64,000 nucleotides of DNA from an uncultured Candidatus Saccharibacteria bacterium. GTDB lineage: Bacteria; Patescibacteriota; Minisyncoccia; Phycocordibacterales; UBA918. Location of the stretch: the NCBI GenBank assembly GCA_964402035.1, contig CAYOAM010000001.1:307558-371557 (forward strand), written 5' to 3'. Both the position numbers and the translations under genes were made by a program. Within the stretch, counting starts at the first letter, position 1. Every line of letters begins with the position of its first letter. Of the stretch, positions 39,299-49,944 are shown one piece after another. The notes beneath the pieces were generated by a model, which saw only the letters and a list, made by a program, of their open reading frames with translations, did no database searches and was not told the origin of the DNA.

Positions 39299-40141
39299 TT
39301 AGGTCTGTTTTTGCCTGAGGAGCGCTAGAGAACCGTATAAACCTCCCTCATCCTTCAAAACAGCATCCACAATAGGCGGACATGGCATCAAACCATCCAA
39401 AAGTGCGGCAGTTTTTTCCTGAATAGGTGCCAAAAGTATTCGAGGATCCCCAACGATCATGGAACCACCGAGGACAATCACATCCGGGGACCAATAGACT
39501 ATCGTGTTTTTGAGTCCATAGGCGAGATATTGAGCAAGCTCCTCCCATACCGCATCGCTCTGTGGTACTTCATACGGTTTCTTCCCTACCCGAAGCTGTA
39601 GAGCTTCCCCAGAGATCAAATCCTCCAGAGAACCACTTTTTGCACTAGGTATAACCGTGTGGTCGATGTCGATGACTTGCTTTCCCGGCTCAAAACCAGC
39701 GCTCGCAATATCAATATGGCCATCTACTAGGCGCACTCCTCCGACACCTGTGCTCACCGTGTGATATGCCACAATCGAGTAACCTTTTCCAGCCCCCACG
39801 ACTGCCTCGCCAAGTCCCACAAGTGCAGTGTCATTTTCAATAGAAACAGTCGCATTAAAACGTTCCATAAGCGTATCTTTGAGTGGTTTACCTACCCAGT
39901 CCAAAAGTACGGTCTCACTGAGAATCATGCTTTTCTCATGATTGAGGGGACCACGAATACCGCCCGCAATTGCGGTTACTGTCTCACCCGCTAAGAGTGT
40001 TTCTGCCTCCTGTACAAATTTATTTATACCGTCATCAAATATAGGCGGGGTTTCAAACTTCACCACCTTGTCGATCGTGCTCGCATCTTTTGAAGTTGCG
40101 ATTCTCGTCTTGGTGCCTCCTATATCAAATACTAAATACAT
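39299..40141 (-). CDS. ROK family sugar kinase (glucokinase-like)
   Basis: MYLVFDIGGTKTR N-terminal ATP motif, ROK fold pattern. Confidence 0.8.
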   Translation of the reverse strand: MYLVFDIGGTKTRIATSKDASTIDKVVKFETPPIFDDGINKFVQEAETLLAGETVTAIAGGIRGPLNHEKSMILSETVLLDWVGKPLKDTLMERFNATVSIENDTALVGLGEAVVGAGKGYSIVAYHTVSTGVGGVRLVDGHIDIASAGFEPGKQVIDIDHTVIPSAKSGSLEDLISGEALQLRVGKKPYEVPQSDAVWEELAQYLAYGLKNTIVYWSPDVIVLGGSMIVGDPRILLAPIQEKTAALLDGLMPCPPIVDAVLKDEGGLYGSLALLRQKQT

Positions 40142-40147
40142 ATCGTG

Positions 40148-41431
40148 TTACTCACCATTACTCTCTAATATTCGGCGAGTTTCTTTTTTGTAGAGCTCTA
40201 CGTGCGGTTGATCAAATGCATTAATGTCGAAAGCTGTCGCAATAAACATAACTTCAAGCATACGCTCTGCCATATACGCGCCCATCGTTTCTGCATCAAC
40301 GCGCACCAGCGACGTACGTGCATACGGAAGTTTTGCTTCTACATATGCCGCATGGACTCCTGCCATAATCGCCTCAGGAATACGGCTGTACGATCGATCG
40401 CCTATGATCGTGGTTTGTGCTCCCGTCTCGATAGTGCCAATCTCATACGCACTTTTTGATGTTTCTATGCCCACAAATGTGGTAAATGTGCCCGGAAAAC
40501 CGGAAAGGTACAGTTGTGCGGTAGCGTGGAGTTCGCGTGGTGTCGCTACGAGAGGAGCAGCACCGATGCGCACTTGAGATCCGTTCTTCGTCTCAGTTTT
40601 TCCCAGACTTTCTGCAAAAAGTTGCTGGTACCATCGCATCAGGTTGTCGAGTCGTGCGTCCTCTGAAAATAGCACGTGTGTATGCATACCGCTTTCAAGA
40701 TGAGTCGCAAGGACTGCAGCCGAAAATGCCCCTGCATTTTCGGCTACTTCTCCAAGCGAGCGATCTATACTTTCTCGCGCACCACGTAGCAATGCCTCTG
40801 CATCAAAGCCAAGGAGGAGTGCTGGCACCAGTCCGACGGTTGTAAATACAGAATAGCGCCCACCTACTTCTTTGGGCATTGCTGCATATGCGATGCCACG
40901 CTCTTTGGCATAGGTATGGAGTTTGGTATCAGGATCCCCAATGCAGATCACGCGACGGTATGCTTCGTCACCATGGCGATTTTTAAGAGCAGTCAAAACG
41001 ATATCAGCATTCACGAGTGTCTCCGTTGTACTACCCGATTTTGAAATAACCACTACCGCAATGTCTGCAAGTGCTACTGACTCACAGAGAGCGAGGACTT
41101 CTCGCATCTTTCGCTCATCCATCATATCAAGCACCGTGAGCGTTGGTGTCGCCTCTGTTTTGAGGGCACCATACAATGCTTCGGTACCCACACTCGATCC
41201 TCCAATACCAATAAGTACCACATGTCGCGCGTGTCCTACGGCACGCGCGACAGCTTCTGCTTTTGCAAGATGCTGTTCATCAAAAGGCACGGTTAGTGCC
41301 GCTTCAGGTACGTCATAATCCCGCTCATTCACCTGCGCCTTGAGTTTTGCTCCATAAGCTGCCAACGCATCAACCCGAGCCCGCACATTGTCCTTAGGCA
41401 CCAAAGCCGTTTTTTCAAATATGTACTCCAT
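40148..41431 (-). CDS. pgi: glucose-6-phosphate isomerase (short bacterial/archaeal type)
   Basis: VVLIGIGGSSVG SIS motif, conserved PGI C-terminal region. Confidence 0.85.
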   Translation of the reverse strand: MEYIFEKTALVPKDNVRARVDALAAYGAKLKAQVNERDYDVPEAALTVPFDEQHLAKAEAVARAVGHARHVVLIGIGGSSVGTEALYGALKTEATPTLTVLDMMDERKMREVLALCESVALADIAVVVISKSGSTTETLVNADIVLTALKNRHGDEAYRRVICIGDPDTKLHTYAKERGIAYAAMPKEVGGRYSVFTTVGLVPALLLGFDAEALLRGARESIDRSLGEVAENAGAFSAAVLATHLESGMHTHVLFSEDARLDNLMRWYQQLFAESLGKTETKNGSQVRIGAAPLVATPRELHATAQLYLSGFPGTFTTFVGIETSKSAYEIGTIETGAQTTIIGDRSYSRIPEAIMAGVHAAYVEAKLPYARTSLVRVDAETMGAYMAERMLEVMFIATAFDINAFDQPHVELYKKETRRILESNGE

Positions 41432-41568
41432 GACCCAGAAAGTATAGCATCTAAGAAGCGAAGGGATCTACGATGGTGTTAAAAATGGTCAATTGACTTC
41501 TCTATATACGAAGCGTAGTATTTTGCCAGCTTCAGTTACCAAACAAACCGGATCAAGGAGATCAGGCT

Positions 41569-41853
41569 ATGAGAAATGTATTCTTGATATTAGGCTGCAT
41601 CCTTAGCTGCGGGGGGTTTCTTCAAATCTTCCAGATGATAATCAGCCAGGATGATGAAAAGGCGCAACTTGTGCTAATCAAACAACTTAGGGAAGAACTT
41701 CGCGCGAATGATCTTGGTAAAGCAGGAGTATCTTTCACCGAATACGCATATGCAGAGAACCGTCGGCATAATCGTGCGAGAGCGTTCAGTGTAGCATTGA
41801 GCGCAATGTCGGCCGGGATTGTGATACTGATTGTGCTCCTTTATTTCAAATAA
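41569..41853 (+). CDS. small two-TM membrane protein, hypothetical
   Basis: 94 aa, followed by hairpin+T-run at ~41860-41905. Confidence 0.5.
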   Translation: MRNVFLILGCILSCGGFLQIFQMIISQDDEKAQLVLIKQLREELRANDLGKAGVSFTEYAYAENRRHNRARAFSVALSAMSAGIVILIVLLYFK

Positions 41854-41959
41854 CACGAAATCGCCTCGCCCAAGCGGAAATCATCCGCTCGGGCGATTTT
41901 CTTTTCATATAAAAAGACTGCCCAAAACGACAGTCTCAAAAAATTTTCCTAGATATTCC

Positions 41960-42247
41960 CTACTTTTTCTTTTTTCTTTTTCTTGTGGGCTGGCAAACAG
42001 ACTTCTTTTTCGTTTTCTGTTGCGTTTTCAGACGAGCCACAGATTTCTTTCTGACCGCCTGAATGCATCGTTGCATTTCACGATCGTACTTACGTGATAA
42101 AGCTCGATACTGTTTTCCAGGTGGATATGGCCAATTTTCAACGGCTTTAGTGAACTGCTTGATCGCTCTGCCCATATACTCATCACCTGCTTCAGAAGTG
42201 ATGAGTTCGAGTGCTCTTTCTTCAGGCGTTTTCTGACGCTTCGGCAT
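41960..42247 (-). CDS. small highly basic protein, hypothetical
   Basis: 95 aa, C-terminal K/R-rich tail. Confidence 0.4.
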   Translation of the reverse strand: MPKRQKTPEERALELITSEAGDEYMGRAIKQFTKAVENWPYPPGKQYRALSRKYDREMQRCIQAVRKKSVARLKTQQKTKKKSVCQPTRKRKKKK

Positions 42248-42313
42248 CGATATGCCCCTTTCACTGTTCCCTAAAGACTATAGCACTCTAGTAAACGAAG
42301 ACAAGTGTGGTCC

Positions 42314-43027
42314 CTACTTCCCCTTCCCTAAAATCAAATTATTGAATATCTTTCCAACCACTCCCACCAAAAGTCCAAAGAGTGCCATACCACTAAACTT
42401 TGCCACTATAAAAATAACAGTCCCTGCAACCCCGGGAGGAATTGGTGCAGGTAGACCCCCAAGAAACACTGAAAATGTCCAAAACATACCACCAGGAATG
42501 CTCCAATACTGTCCATCGGGACTAAAAAATACATGCAGGAGTACACCAAAGATAAGTGTCACCAGTATCAATGTCGAAGCATAGAGCACGATATTAAAAC
42601 TAAAAATACCCAAAGTATCTTCTGCACCCTTTACATGGAGGCGAGAGAGTTTCGCAAGCCGTACCAAGCGCAAAAATCTGATTATGCGCACAATGCGTGA
42701 AGATTTTAGGAATGTCAGGTTCCCAATGCCGATAAACGTCGGCACGATAGCAACAAGATCGACAATACCAAAAAAACTCAGTGCATACTCACTTTTACGT
42801 TTTGTCGCCCAGAGCCTTAGGGCATACTCAATGGAAAATAGAGTTACCGTGCTCCACTCAATAATTAGAAATATCGAGTGATATGCTTGTAATGATGTTA
42901 CCGTTTCAAGTGTGATAGCAAAAATAGAAACGATAGTGGCAAGAGCAAATAAATCATTTACAATAGAAAAATACTTCGACCGTGGATTCTCGAATGTCGC
43001 AAGTACTGCTTGTTTTGAAAATTGCAT
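42314..43027 (-). CDS. ion transport family protein (voltage-sensor-containing cation channel-like)
   Basis: S4-like helix RIVRIIRFLRLVRLAKLSR with Arg every third position; multiple TM helices. Confidence 0.7.
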   Translation of the reverse strand: MQFSKQAVLATFENPRSKYFSIVNDLFALATIVSIFAITLETVTSLQAYHSIFLIIEWSTVTLFSIEYALRLWATKRKSEYALSFFGIVDLVAIVPTFIGIGNLTFLKSSRIVRIIRFLRLVRLAKLSRLHVKGAEDTLGIFSFNIVLYASTLILVTLIFGVLLHVFFSPDGQYWSIPGGMFWTFSVFLGGLPAPIPPGVAGTVIFIVAKFSGMALFGLLVGVVGKIFNNLILGKGK

Positions 43028-43066
43028 ATCTACGTCTTCAGCAACTTACCTCCGCACAAATAGCCC

Positions 43067-43837
43067 TTACACTTGCTTCGGAGTGCACAGATCTGCTTTT
43101 TTCATAATATAATCGTGTGCTTCATCGACAGAGTCAACCAGGTGGTAGATCGCCATATCTTCTTTGTGTATTGTCTTGTACTTTTTGTAGAGCGTTTCAT
43201 CTATCCACTTCAGAAGTGGGCTCCAATAGTCCTTTCCGTAAAGGATAATCGGAATTTTTGAGATCTTTTTAGTTTGTACCAGTGTAATAAGTTCAAACAG
43301 CTCATCAAGCGTACCAAAACCTCCAGGGAAATAGACATACACTTCGGAGGCAAAAGAGAGCATCACTTTGCGGGTGAAGAAAAAATGAAAATGTTCTGCA
43401 TCGGTCGTATAGGGATTGAGACGCTGCTCCATCGGAAGCTCAATATTGATACCTACTGATTTTCCCCCCACCTTAAATGCACCCACGTTTGCAGCTTCCA
43501 TAACCCCGGGGCCTCCGCCGGTAATGACGGCAAAACCGCTTTTTGCAAGTTTTGCCGCAAGTCCTTCTGACGCTTTGTAAATCTCATCGCCAGCCTCACA
43601 ACGAGCCGTACCAAAAAAAGTGACGGCAAGTCCGTAGCGGCGCAATATTTCAAAACCAGAGACAAACTCGGACATGATGCGGAATATGCGCCATGACTGT
43701 ACGGCATCACCATTGGGATCAAGCAGATCCGACATCACGCGACATGCAGGGTATTGTGTCTTGCTCGGATCAGGTATGTCCGCCATTTTGCCTTTGCGTA
43801 AAGAAAATTTCATAGAACATACGAATGCTATACGCAA
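43067..43837 (-). CDS. LOG family protein (cytokinin riboside 5'-monophosphate phosphoribohydrolase-like, TIGR00730)
   Basis: ITGGGPGVMEAAN and YFPGGFGTLDELFE motifs; start may be internal Met. Confidence 0.85.
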   Translation of the reverse strand: MRIAFVCSMKFSLRKGKMADIPDPSKTQYPACRVMSDLLDPNGDAVQSWRIFRIMSEFVSGFEILRRYGLAVTFFGTARCEAGDEIYKASEGLAAKLAKSGFAVITGGGPGVMEAANVGAFKVGGKSVGINIELPMEQRLNPYTTDAEHFHFFFTRKVMLSFASEVYVYFPGGFGTLDELFELITLVQTKKISKIPIILYGKDYWSPLLKWIDETLYKKYKTIHKEDMAIYHLVDSVDEAHDYIMKKADLCTPKQV

Positions 43838-43843
43838 ATGATA

Positions 43844-44434
43844 TCACAGCCACGGTATCTCATACGAATCAAATTCGGGGAGAAGTTTTTTATCATAGAG
43901 CAGTCGCGACGTAACTTCCGCATGTGACTTTGCACCAGTAAGTGCATTGTGCGGTGTTGGTTCTTGCGGTATGCCGCAATAATTTAAAATGGCATCAAGA
44001 TCAAGTGCAGAGCGATGATTTTTAATTGGTGGCGTGAGTCCGCGTTTGACCATATGCATCCATGCAAGTGTATGCGTATCAATCGTACGATACGCAAAAG
44101 GCCAGTCCGTATGTCCGGCTCGTCCTGCCGCAGCTTTAACATAGTCGCGATCAAACGAGACATTTTGTCCAACAAATGTCTGATCCTCGGTCTCTTGTGC
44201 CCATGCAATGAATGCATGCACCATATCGCCCTCGCTCGGTTTCTCTGGATCCGTGATTTCTTCTTTAGTAAAACCACAGACGGCTAAAGCTTCGTCCATG
44301 ATGTGTGCACCATCCCAGATGTGACACTCCATATAAAACTGTCGTGTAGGATTTGAAAAATCGATAGCGCCTAAAGACACCATCGAGTGTTTCTCATAAT
44401 CGGTCCCGGACGCCTCTACATCAACGATAAGCAT
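43844..44434 (-). CDS. DEDDh 3'-5' exonuclease domain protein
   Basis: DVEASG (Exo I), FDRDY (Exo II), HNALTGA (Exo III) motifs. Confidence 0.75.
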   Translation of the reverse strand: MLIVDVEASGTDYEKHSMVSLGAIDFSNPTRQFYMECHIWDGAHIMDEALAVCGFTKEEITDPEKPSEGDMVHAFIAWAQETEDQTFVGQNVSFDRDYVKAAAGRAGHTDWPFAYRTIDTHTLAWMHMVKRGLTPPIKNHRSALDLDAILNYCGIPQEPTPHNALTGAKSHAEVTSRLLYDKKLLPEFDSYEIPWL

Positions 44435-44469
44435 AGGTACCAGTATACCGCATCGTGTATAAAGACTAG

Positions 44470-44757
44470 CTATGGCGTAGTGACGGACAGCGGTGCTTCT
44501 GGTGCTGGCTCCTTATGGACTTTATCGTACGTCTTTTTTAAAATACTATCGAGGCGAGGATACTTTGCACGATACACGGCAAGTCGCGCTTGCAAATGAG
44601 GTGCATCCAGCAAGAAAAGATAAAGTGCAAAACCAATCATGATCCATCCAGGAAGTAACGGCAAAATGAGGGATACGAGCCCAAATGTAAACATGCCCGT
44701 GGCAACGGTTTTTCGCAGTAGCGGACGTTTTCTTAAGAGTTTCATATTCCGGGACAA
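44470..44757 (-). CDS. PGPGW-family small transmembrane protein
   Basis: LLPGWIM motif in TM region. Confidence 0.5.
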   Translation of the reverse strand: MSRNMKLLRKRPLLRKTVATGMFTFGLVSLILPLLPGWIMIGFALYLFLLDAPHLQARLAVYRAKYPRLDSILKKTYDKVHKEPAPEAPLSVTTP

Positions 44758-45197
44758 TTTGCGGCGGGTGTGTATCCTGATGCAGCAGCTTCTTCTTTGG
44801 TACTAAACCAGACCTGATTTAGTTCCGTTATGCGTTTTGCTCCTGAACACCATGGCAGGTGATACTTGTTCCCTTTCTTGGATCCCACATAGGTCCCCGT
44901 CTTTTTTATGGACGATGTTGTAGTACCTACAGGTGGAGCCAAAACTCCGGCTGGTGCCGCTACCAGTGATGACGTAGCAGCATTCACTTTCTGTATACTA
45001 CGCACCTGCGGCTCAACGGTAACCGACAGTCTGCCAAGCCCAAAACCCATCACTCCCGTAAGGACGACGAGAAGTCCGACAAAGACTCGATCATCAAGGA
45101 TCAAGGCCTTGATTTTGAGCACAATGTTAGGTATACTCACTCGGTCATTATACACGAAGACCCCGGGTCTTCTTTGATTAAAAACTATCCATGGCAA
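44742..45197 (-). CDS. membrane-anchored protein with C-terminal KYHLPWC...CPG Cys motif domain, function unknown
   Basis: TM then Thr/Ser linker then conserved-looking Cys-containing ~45-aa module. Confidence 0.5.
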   Translation of the reverse strand: MPWIVFNQRRPGVFVYNDRVSIPNIVLKIKALILDDRVFVGLLVVLTGVMGFGLGRLSVTVEPQVRSIQKVNAATSSLVAAPAGVLAPPVGTTTSSIKKTGTYVGSKKGNKYHLPWCSGAKRITELNQVWFSTKEEAAASGYTPAANCPGI

Positions 45198-45475
45198 CTA
45201 AAAAAGCTGGAGGTACAGCCAAAAACCTACGTGATTCAAACCCAAAGTACTTGGGCGTTAAAGTAGCGCACGGCGATTCTGTACGTACTGGTGAGATTAT
45301 CGTCCGTCAGCGCGGTACCAAGATCCTTCCCGGGAAAAACGTAGGTACTGGCAAAGACCACACCATCTACTCCTCAATCAACGGTATCGTTTCCTTTAAA
45401 AACACCCGAAAGACAGGTTTTGACGGACGCACCGCAAGTCGTAAGGCAGTCGATGTTGTCCCTCACGCTAGGTAA
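45191..45475 (+). CDS. rpmA: 50S ribosomal protein L27
   Basis: [15 protein letters not shown]...IIVRQRGTK...GKDHTI canonical L27 sequence. Confidence 0.95.
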   Translation: MATKKAGGTAKNLRDSNPKYLGVKVAHGDSVRTGEIIVRQRGTKILPGKNVGTGKDHTIYSSINGIVSFKNTRKTGFDGRTASRKAVDVVPHAR

Positions 45476-45486
45476 ATTGACACCCT

Positions 45487-45527
45487 TGAGCATTAAAAAA
45501 CACCGTAAAGACGGTGTTTTTTAATGC
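45487..45527. terminator. bidirectional terminator, perfect 19-bp palindrome
   Basis: GAGCATTAAAAAACACCGT-AAAG-ACGGTGTTTTTTAATGCTC. Confidence 0.7.
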
Positions 45528-45540
45528 TCAGGTAAAAAAG

Positions 45541-45568
45541 TTGCATTCTTAATATTATATGGTATAAT
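45541..45568 (+). promoter_or_regulatory. near-consensus sigma70 promoter TTGCAT-16-TATAAT
   Basis: sequence match; precedes 45610 ORF. Confidence 0.45.
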
Positions 45569-45609
45569 ATATCAGGCTTAGTTTTTCTCTTACTGTGGGA
45601 GTTTTTGCG

Positions 45610-45957
45610 ATGAGCGACCAATTTAACGTCTGCTGCCTCAGTTGCGACTCGGTTTTCAACCCTAACAAGGGCAGCGACCTCTGGCATAAGGCCAAAAGAC
45701 GTTTGGAAGCAGGCTACCTAGACGCACTGCATGTTACTGGAACCGTATGTGGGTGTGTGACCCTTCCTGCTGAGCCGGAAGCTCGATTTCGAGTTTTCGG
45801 GTACAACAGTAACTGCGAGGATTTTGACATCCCATTCGGGGAACTCCGTCCGGCGGTTCAGCAATATCTGAGCCTGAGGCGAAATAAAACGGTTGACGTC
45901 TTTATCGCCGGAGTCTCCGACCATGTCCGTCGAAAGTTGGACATGGTCAACTGCTGA
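45610..45957 (+). CDS. small Cys-rich hypothetical protein
   Basis: GGGAG 8 nt upstream of ATG; CCLSC...CGC; imperfect long hairpin downstream (45976-46019). Confidence 0.4.
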   Translation: MSDQFNVCCLSCDSVFNPNKGSDLWHKAKRRLEAGYLDALHVTGTVCGCVTLPAEPEARFRVFGYNSNCEDFDIPFGELRPAVQQYLSLRRNKTVDVFIAGVSDHVRRKLDMVNC

Positions 45958-46063
45958 CACGCTGGCTATAATACCCCCCGAGTTCGGACCACACGCTATG
46001 TGTGTATCCGGCTCGGGGTTAATTCGTTCAATTTTTCGAAACATTCTTTTTTAGGAGACGGCA

Positions 46064-46387
46064 ATGACACTTCTTCACATCGGTGACGTGGTGAGTTGGT
46101 CTCAAGCTTTTGATCGGGCACGCAAGTTTCTGATCAAAGATCAGCTTACTGCTGTGGCAATAGTCCCCGAGCATGAATATGCAGAAGGAAACTACTTCGC
46201 CACGCACCTCGATGAGTTTACACCTATATTTGGCGCAATCGATAGCGTCCTCGACAACCTCGCTGAGACATCACGTATGCTCTACCCAGGTGCAACTACA
46301 TTTCGGCTCATGCACGGGGCAGCTCGATATCCTCGGCCTGAAGGAGTGATTGACGGCTGGATGTTCATCATCGTCTATAACAATTAA
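46064..46387 (+). CDS. hypothetical protein
   Basis: AGGAG RBS 7 nt upstream; hairpin+T-run at ~46400-46445. Confidence 0.6.
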   Translation: MTLLHIGDVVSWSQAFDRARKFLIKDQLTAVAIVPEHEYAEGNYFATHLDEFTPIFGAIDSVLDNLAETSRMLYPGATTFRLMHGAARYPRPEGVIDGWMFIIVYNN

Positions 46388-46493
46388 TTCCGCTCTCCAC
46401 AAAAAAGACCGTTGTGTCAATTTTTTGGTGCAGCGGTTTTTTCTTTTGTCTTCTTATGCCTAATTATGTCAAGGTTAAACCTTGACATTGGGA

Positions 46494-47207
46494 CTACTTT
46501 TTCCGACCTTGGATTGATACAAACAGAGGGTATTCGGGGTGTTTGGATATTGTCCCAAGCGTTTGAATAGAGTCAACTTCAAGACCCGCTTCCTTTAGAG
46601 CATCTGTAGTTTCTTTGAGTGTATACATATAAAAATCATTTCTGGTAAGAGGGTTAATAGGCAAATTTACTTTCCCAGAAATCATATTTCCATGCTCAGT
46701 ATAGTCAACAAACATCGAGCGCCAGATATGGTGACTGTCGGGATTGGTGGTGACAATATTAAACGCTGCTTCTTTTTTAAGTATCCTTGCCAATTCCTGT
46801 GATGCCATCTCTAGATCCGCAAGATGAAACCAGACATTGATGGAAATTACTCCATCTGCACTGTCGGTCGCAACGGGTAATGTATATGCGTTCCCAACGA
46901 CAAAATGAAGATGTTCATTTTTCCCGTAGAGTTCTGTTGCACGTTTTGTCAGAATTTCTGAAGGTTCAATACCAATGTATTCACCACGAAAACTCCCCAG
47001 TTGCTGTGAACAGATCCCCTGCCCCGATCCTATTTCTACAATGGTACCGTCACCAATATTAGACGCCCATGTTTTAAGCATCGGGTATATCTCTTTGTCG
47101 CGCGTCATACTGCGCTCACCCTCGACCGACCTGATCCACTCTTGCGCTACGACTTCGTCCTCAAAAGGGTTTTCTTCTCGCTGCTGTGTTGGCTTTACTT
47201 TATCCAT
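46494..47207 (-). CDS. class I SAM-dependent methyltransferase
   Basis: VEIGSGQGICSQQL motif I. Confidence 0.8.
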   Translation of the reverse strand: MDKVKPTQQREENPFEDEVVAQEWIRSVEGERSMTRDKEIYPMLKTWASNIGDGTIVEIGSGQGICSQQLGSFRGEYIGIEPSEILTKRATELYGKNEHLHFVVGNAYTLPVATDSADGVISINVWFHLADLEMASQELARILKKEAAFNIVTTNPDSHHIWRSMFVDYTEHGNMISGKVNLPINPLTRNDFYMYTLKETTDALKEAGLEVDSIQTLGTISKHPEYPLFVSIQGRKK

Positions 47208-47263
47208 GTACTAAAGATACACTGTCTGCATTAGCCATCCAAACACATAATCACGCATCACAT

Positions 47264-47839
47264 ATGCCTAGCCCAGAAGGACTCAAAACTGACGATGAAA
47301 AGATGCGTTCGCAGCTTGAAACATATATTAGAGAACATGAATTGTCATTCAGACATGTAGAGCGAGTCTATGCAGATGCACTACAGTCGGAAGACATCCC
47401 GACCGTTACGAATATTGATCTGCAGCAGCATATGCAACGCATGTTTGACCGGAAGTTTCCCCTCAATCAAATCGTGGAAATTGCTAAAAATATGCGCAAA
47501 GAGTATGTTGCACTTGCAAAGGAACTTTCGGAAAGTAAGGAGGTATTCCCTTTTCCAGGGATGGATCCATATAGTTATACAGGCGCAAAAAAAACAGATG
47601 AGGAATTCCCTGGGTTGACCACAGATACTGATATTCTTATTGGGCGAATGAAAAAAGAAGGGATAAGGATTGTTTTGACTATGGGTGAAGGTATGGATGC
47701 CGCTAGCGGAAACGTCTACGTATTGCCAGCGGGTGAGAGCGATGTTCTGTATGATGGCATATTCCCAAACCAACTAGCAAGCAATATGATCACCGATAAA
47801 CGACTACGTCGACTAAGTTTGTTGGAAAAAATAATGTAG
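47264..47839 (+). CDS. hypothetical protein
   Basis: ORF from 47186; first ATG 47264; overlaps 3' end of convergent... divergent MTase start region. Confidence 0.5.
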   Translation: MPSPEGLKTDDEKMRSQLETYIREHELSFRHVERVYADALQSEDIPTVTNIDLQQHMQRMFDRKFPLNQIVEIAKNMRKEYVALAKELSESKEVFPFPGMDPYSYTGAKKTDEEFPGLTTDTDILIGRMKKEGIRIVLTMGEGMDAASGNVYVLPAGESDVLYDGIFPNQLASNMITDKRLRRLSLLEKIM

Positions 47840-47851
47840 CAATGAGCAACA

Positions 47852-47898
47852 CAAAAACAGGGCGATTCCTTTGGAATCGCCCTGTTTTTGTGTTTTTA
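47852..47898. terminator. bidirectional terminator
   Basis: AAAAACAGGGCGATTCC-TTT-GGAATCGCCCTGTTTTTG. Confidence 0.7.
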
Positions 47899-47933
47899 TT
47901 ATCTTGCGATAATATATTGGAACTTTACTAATC

Positions 47934-49796
47934 CTACGGAGCAACTTCCATCAACAATGCCTTGGTCTTTGGTCCAACAATACCGACCGATGCTAGGTTG
48001 TTTGCAGCTTGAAAATCTTTGACTGCAGCTTCGGTTAATGCGCCAAAGTACCCTGTGACACTGCCCTTGAAATGTCCTAAACGCGCAAGTGTTCGCTGAA
48101 GCAAGCTTACCTCTTCCCCAGTCCAACCTACGGCTAGCGTATTTTTAATCGCGACACCTTGTCCCACTGTGGTCTCAAGTGCTAAAGAACCGTACTCATA
48201 GGCACCCACATCTATAGCACCTACAGCAGTGCGTGTCTGACTTGCGTACGGATGCACATACTGCTTGGTCGGCGCAAGACTCATGGAACCAACGGATCCC
48301 GGATTTGCTCCCGCATTCACCGCAGAAGAGGTATTTGTGAGCCGGTAGTCGTAGGTGCTCTGTGAGACAAAGCCAGGGGTGTTGGTGAAGATGTTGTTTG
48401 AAGCGGTGAGGCTTACGTTTGGTACAGGGTTTCCAGTACCCACAAAGAGATTGTTCGTCACTTTGCCCGTAGGTGCACCTGAGGCACGAACGAACTGCGT
48501 GGTATTCACCCCGGTGTCATTCACAAACGTGTTGTTAATGACATAGAGGATCTGCGAAGGGTTCGTGGCACCTTCTGCTGCGTATGAGATCATAGCGCTG
48601 CGATTGGCGGCATTTGGGCTCTTCTGGATAATGTTGCCGATGATGTATGACTCACCACCGTTTGAGAGATCGATTTCATAGCTCTCATTGGATTGTTCTC
48701 CCGTAATGCGGTTATAGAGGATAAAGTTCTTCTTGGCACGACTCTTCACCATTTGTCCTTGATCAACAGCGGCGTGTATGTAGCTGTCTTCAAGTGTGAA
48801 CGAGGCTATACCTCCAATATAGATGTTATGGATACCGCCACTTCCCCCCACGCCATTGCGGTCAAACTCACTATTCTTGATCACAATGTCTGATTCGGGA
48901 TTGTGTGCTGAGAGGATACCGTTCTCATTGTCGTGGAAGTACGAATTGAGGATGGTAAGGTCTCCTCCTTCTGCTCTAATACCTGCCCCATTGAGGTCAG
49001 GCACCTTGGCATTTGAAAACTCAATACCATCGACCGTCACGTTGTTTCCACCAATAGTCCAGATTGCTTTACCATTCGGTATGACGCCCGTATTGCTGCG
49101 TCGCATGTGTGCTTTTCCACCGACGCCCTTTAATGTCAGATTGTTTTGATACCATGCAGCAAAATCGTCAGTGTAGGTACCGGCATCAATGAGCACTGTG
49201 TCTCCGTCTCTGGCAACAACATTGGCCTGACTTGGCTTTGCATACTGCTTGCCTACTCCTACCGTAAGTACATTGCCGGTGACCGGTGTTGTCGTCGGTG
49301 TTGGTACAGGCACTGGTACTGGTGTTGGAACAGGTGGTGTGGTTGTTGGTGTTGGTACCGGAACTGGTATTGGAGTAGGAACCGGAGGCGGTGGCGGTAC
49401 TGGTACAGGCACTGGTGTTGGAACAGGTGGTGTGGTTGTTGGTGTTGGTACCGGAACCGGTGTAGGCACAGGGGTCGGAGCAGAAACAAATCTAAGATAC
49501 TCTTTATACACCCATCCATCACAACCGCTACTGAAATCAACTTTCCACCAGACTAATTGCCTAACAGTCACTGGGCCTTCTGCCAAGGTACCAGTGGCGT
49601 TTTTATCCTGCGTGCAGAGTCGTGCACTGCCCGTTGAGGCGGATTTTCGAACCGCTACTTTTGAAATAGTTTTTACGTTTGTGCCGACCGTCCATGTATT
49701 TGATGACGTCGTTGCTGCAAACGCAACCGGTGCACACTGCATTACACTGATCGACAGTATACATAGAGCAAAAAATAATTTCTTAATCACTGACAT
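47934..49796 (-). CDS. secreted cell-wall-associated protein: SH3b-like domain, Pro/Thr-rich linker, right-handed beta-helix domain, C-terminal PG_binding_1 domain
   Basis: signal peptide; [11 protein letters not shown]... linker; parallel beta-helix repeat pattern (NxxxxG, GIxxxxxN); C-terminal [11 protein letters not shown]...[15 protein letters not shown]. Confidence 0.8.
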   Translation of the reverse strand: MSVIKKLFFALCILSISVMQCAPVAFAATTSSNTWTVGTNVKTISKVAVRKSASTGSARLCTQDKNATGTLAEGPVTVRQLVWWKVDFSSGCDGWVYKEYLRFVSAPTPVPTPVPVPTPTTTPPVPTPVPVPVPPPPPVPTPIPVPVPTPTTTPPVPTPVPVPVPTPTTTPVTGNVLTVGVGKQYAKPSQANVVARDGDTVLIDAGTYTDDFAAWYQNNLTLKGVGGKAHMRRSNTGVIPNGKAIWTIGGNNVTVDGIEFSNAKVPDLNGAGIRAEGGDLTILNSYFHDNENGILSAHNPESDIVIKNSEFDRNGVGGSGGIHNIYIGGIASFTLEDSYIHAAVDQGQMVKSRAKKNFILYNRITGEQSNESYEIDLSNGGESYIIGNIIQKSPNAANRSAMISYAAEGATNPSQILYVINNTFVNDTGVNTTQFVRASGAPTGKVTNNLFVGTGNPVPNVSLTASNNIFTNTPGFVSQSTYDYRLTNTSSAVNAGANPGSVGSMSLAPTKQYVHPYASQTRTAVGAIDVGAYEYGSLALETTVGQGVAIKNTLAVGWTGEEVSLLQRTLARLGHFKGSVTGYFGALTEAAVKDFQAANNLASVGIVGPKTKALLMEVAP

Positions 49797-49944
49797 GTAG
49801 ATGATATTAGGTGTTAACAAGTGAAATATACCACAGCACGGGCAGCATTATTCACACTGAGGACGGCGTTACCCGTTACTAAAAACAAAAAGAGGCGTGA
49901 TTCCAAAAGAATCGCGCCTCTTTTTGTTTTTTTCTATCCCCACG

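Noticed and set aside
45718-46044. 108-aa minus-strand ORF
   Set aside because: Antisense to the ORF served by a near-consensus promoter; no start context.
49249-49800. Gly/Thr/Val-rich and Arg/Trp-rich ORFs (49146..49556, 49249..49800, 49259..49540)
   Set aside because: Opposite-strand or off-frame shadows of the Pro/Thr-rich linker of the 47934..49796 gene; low-complexity, no start context.
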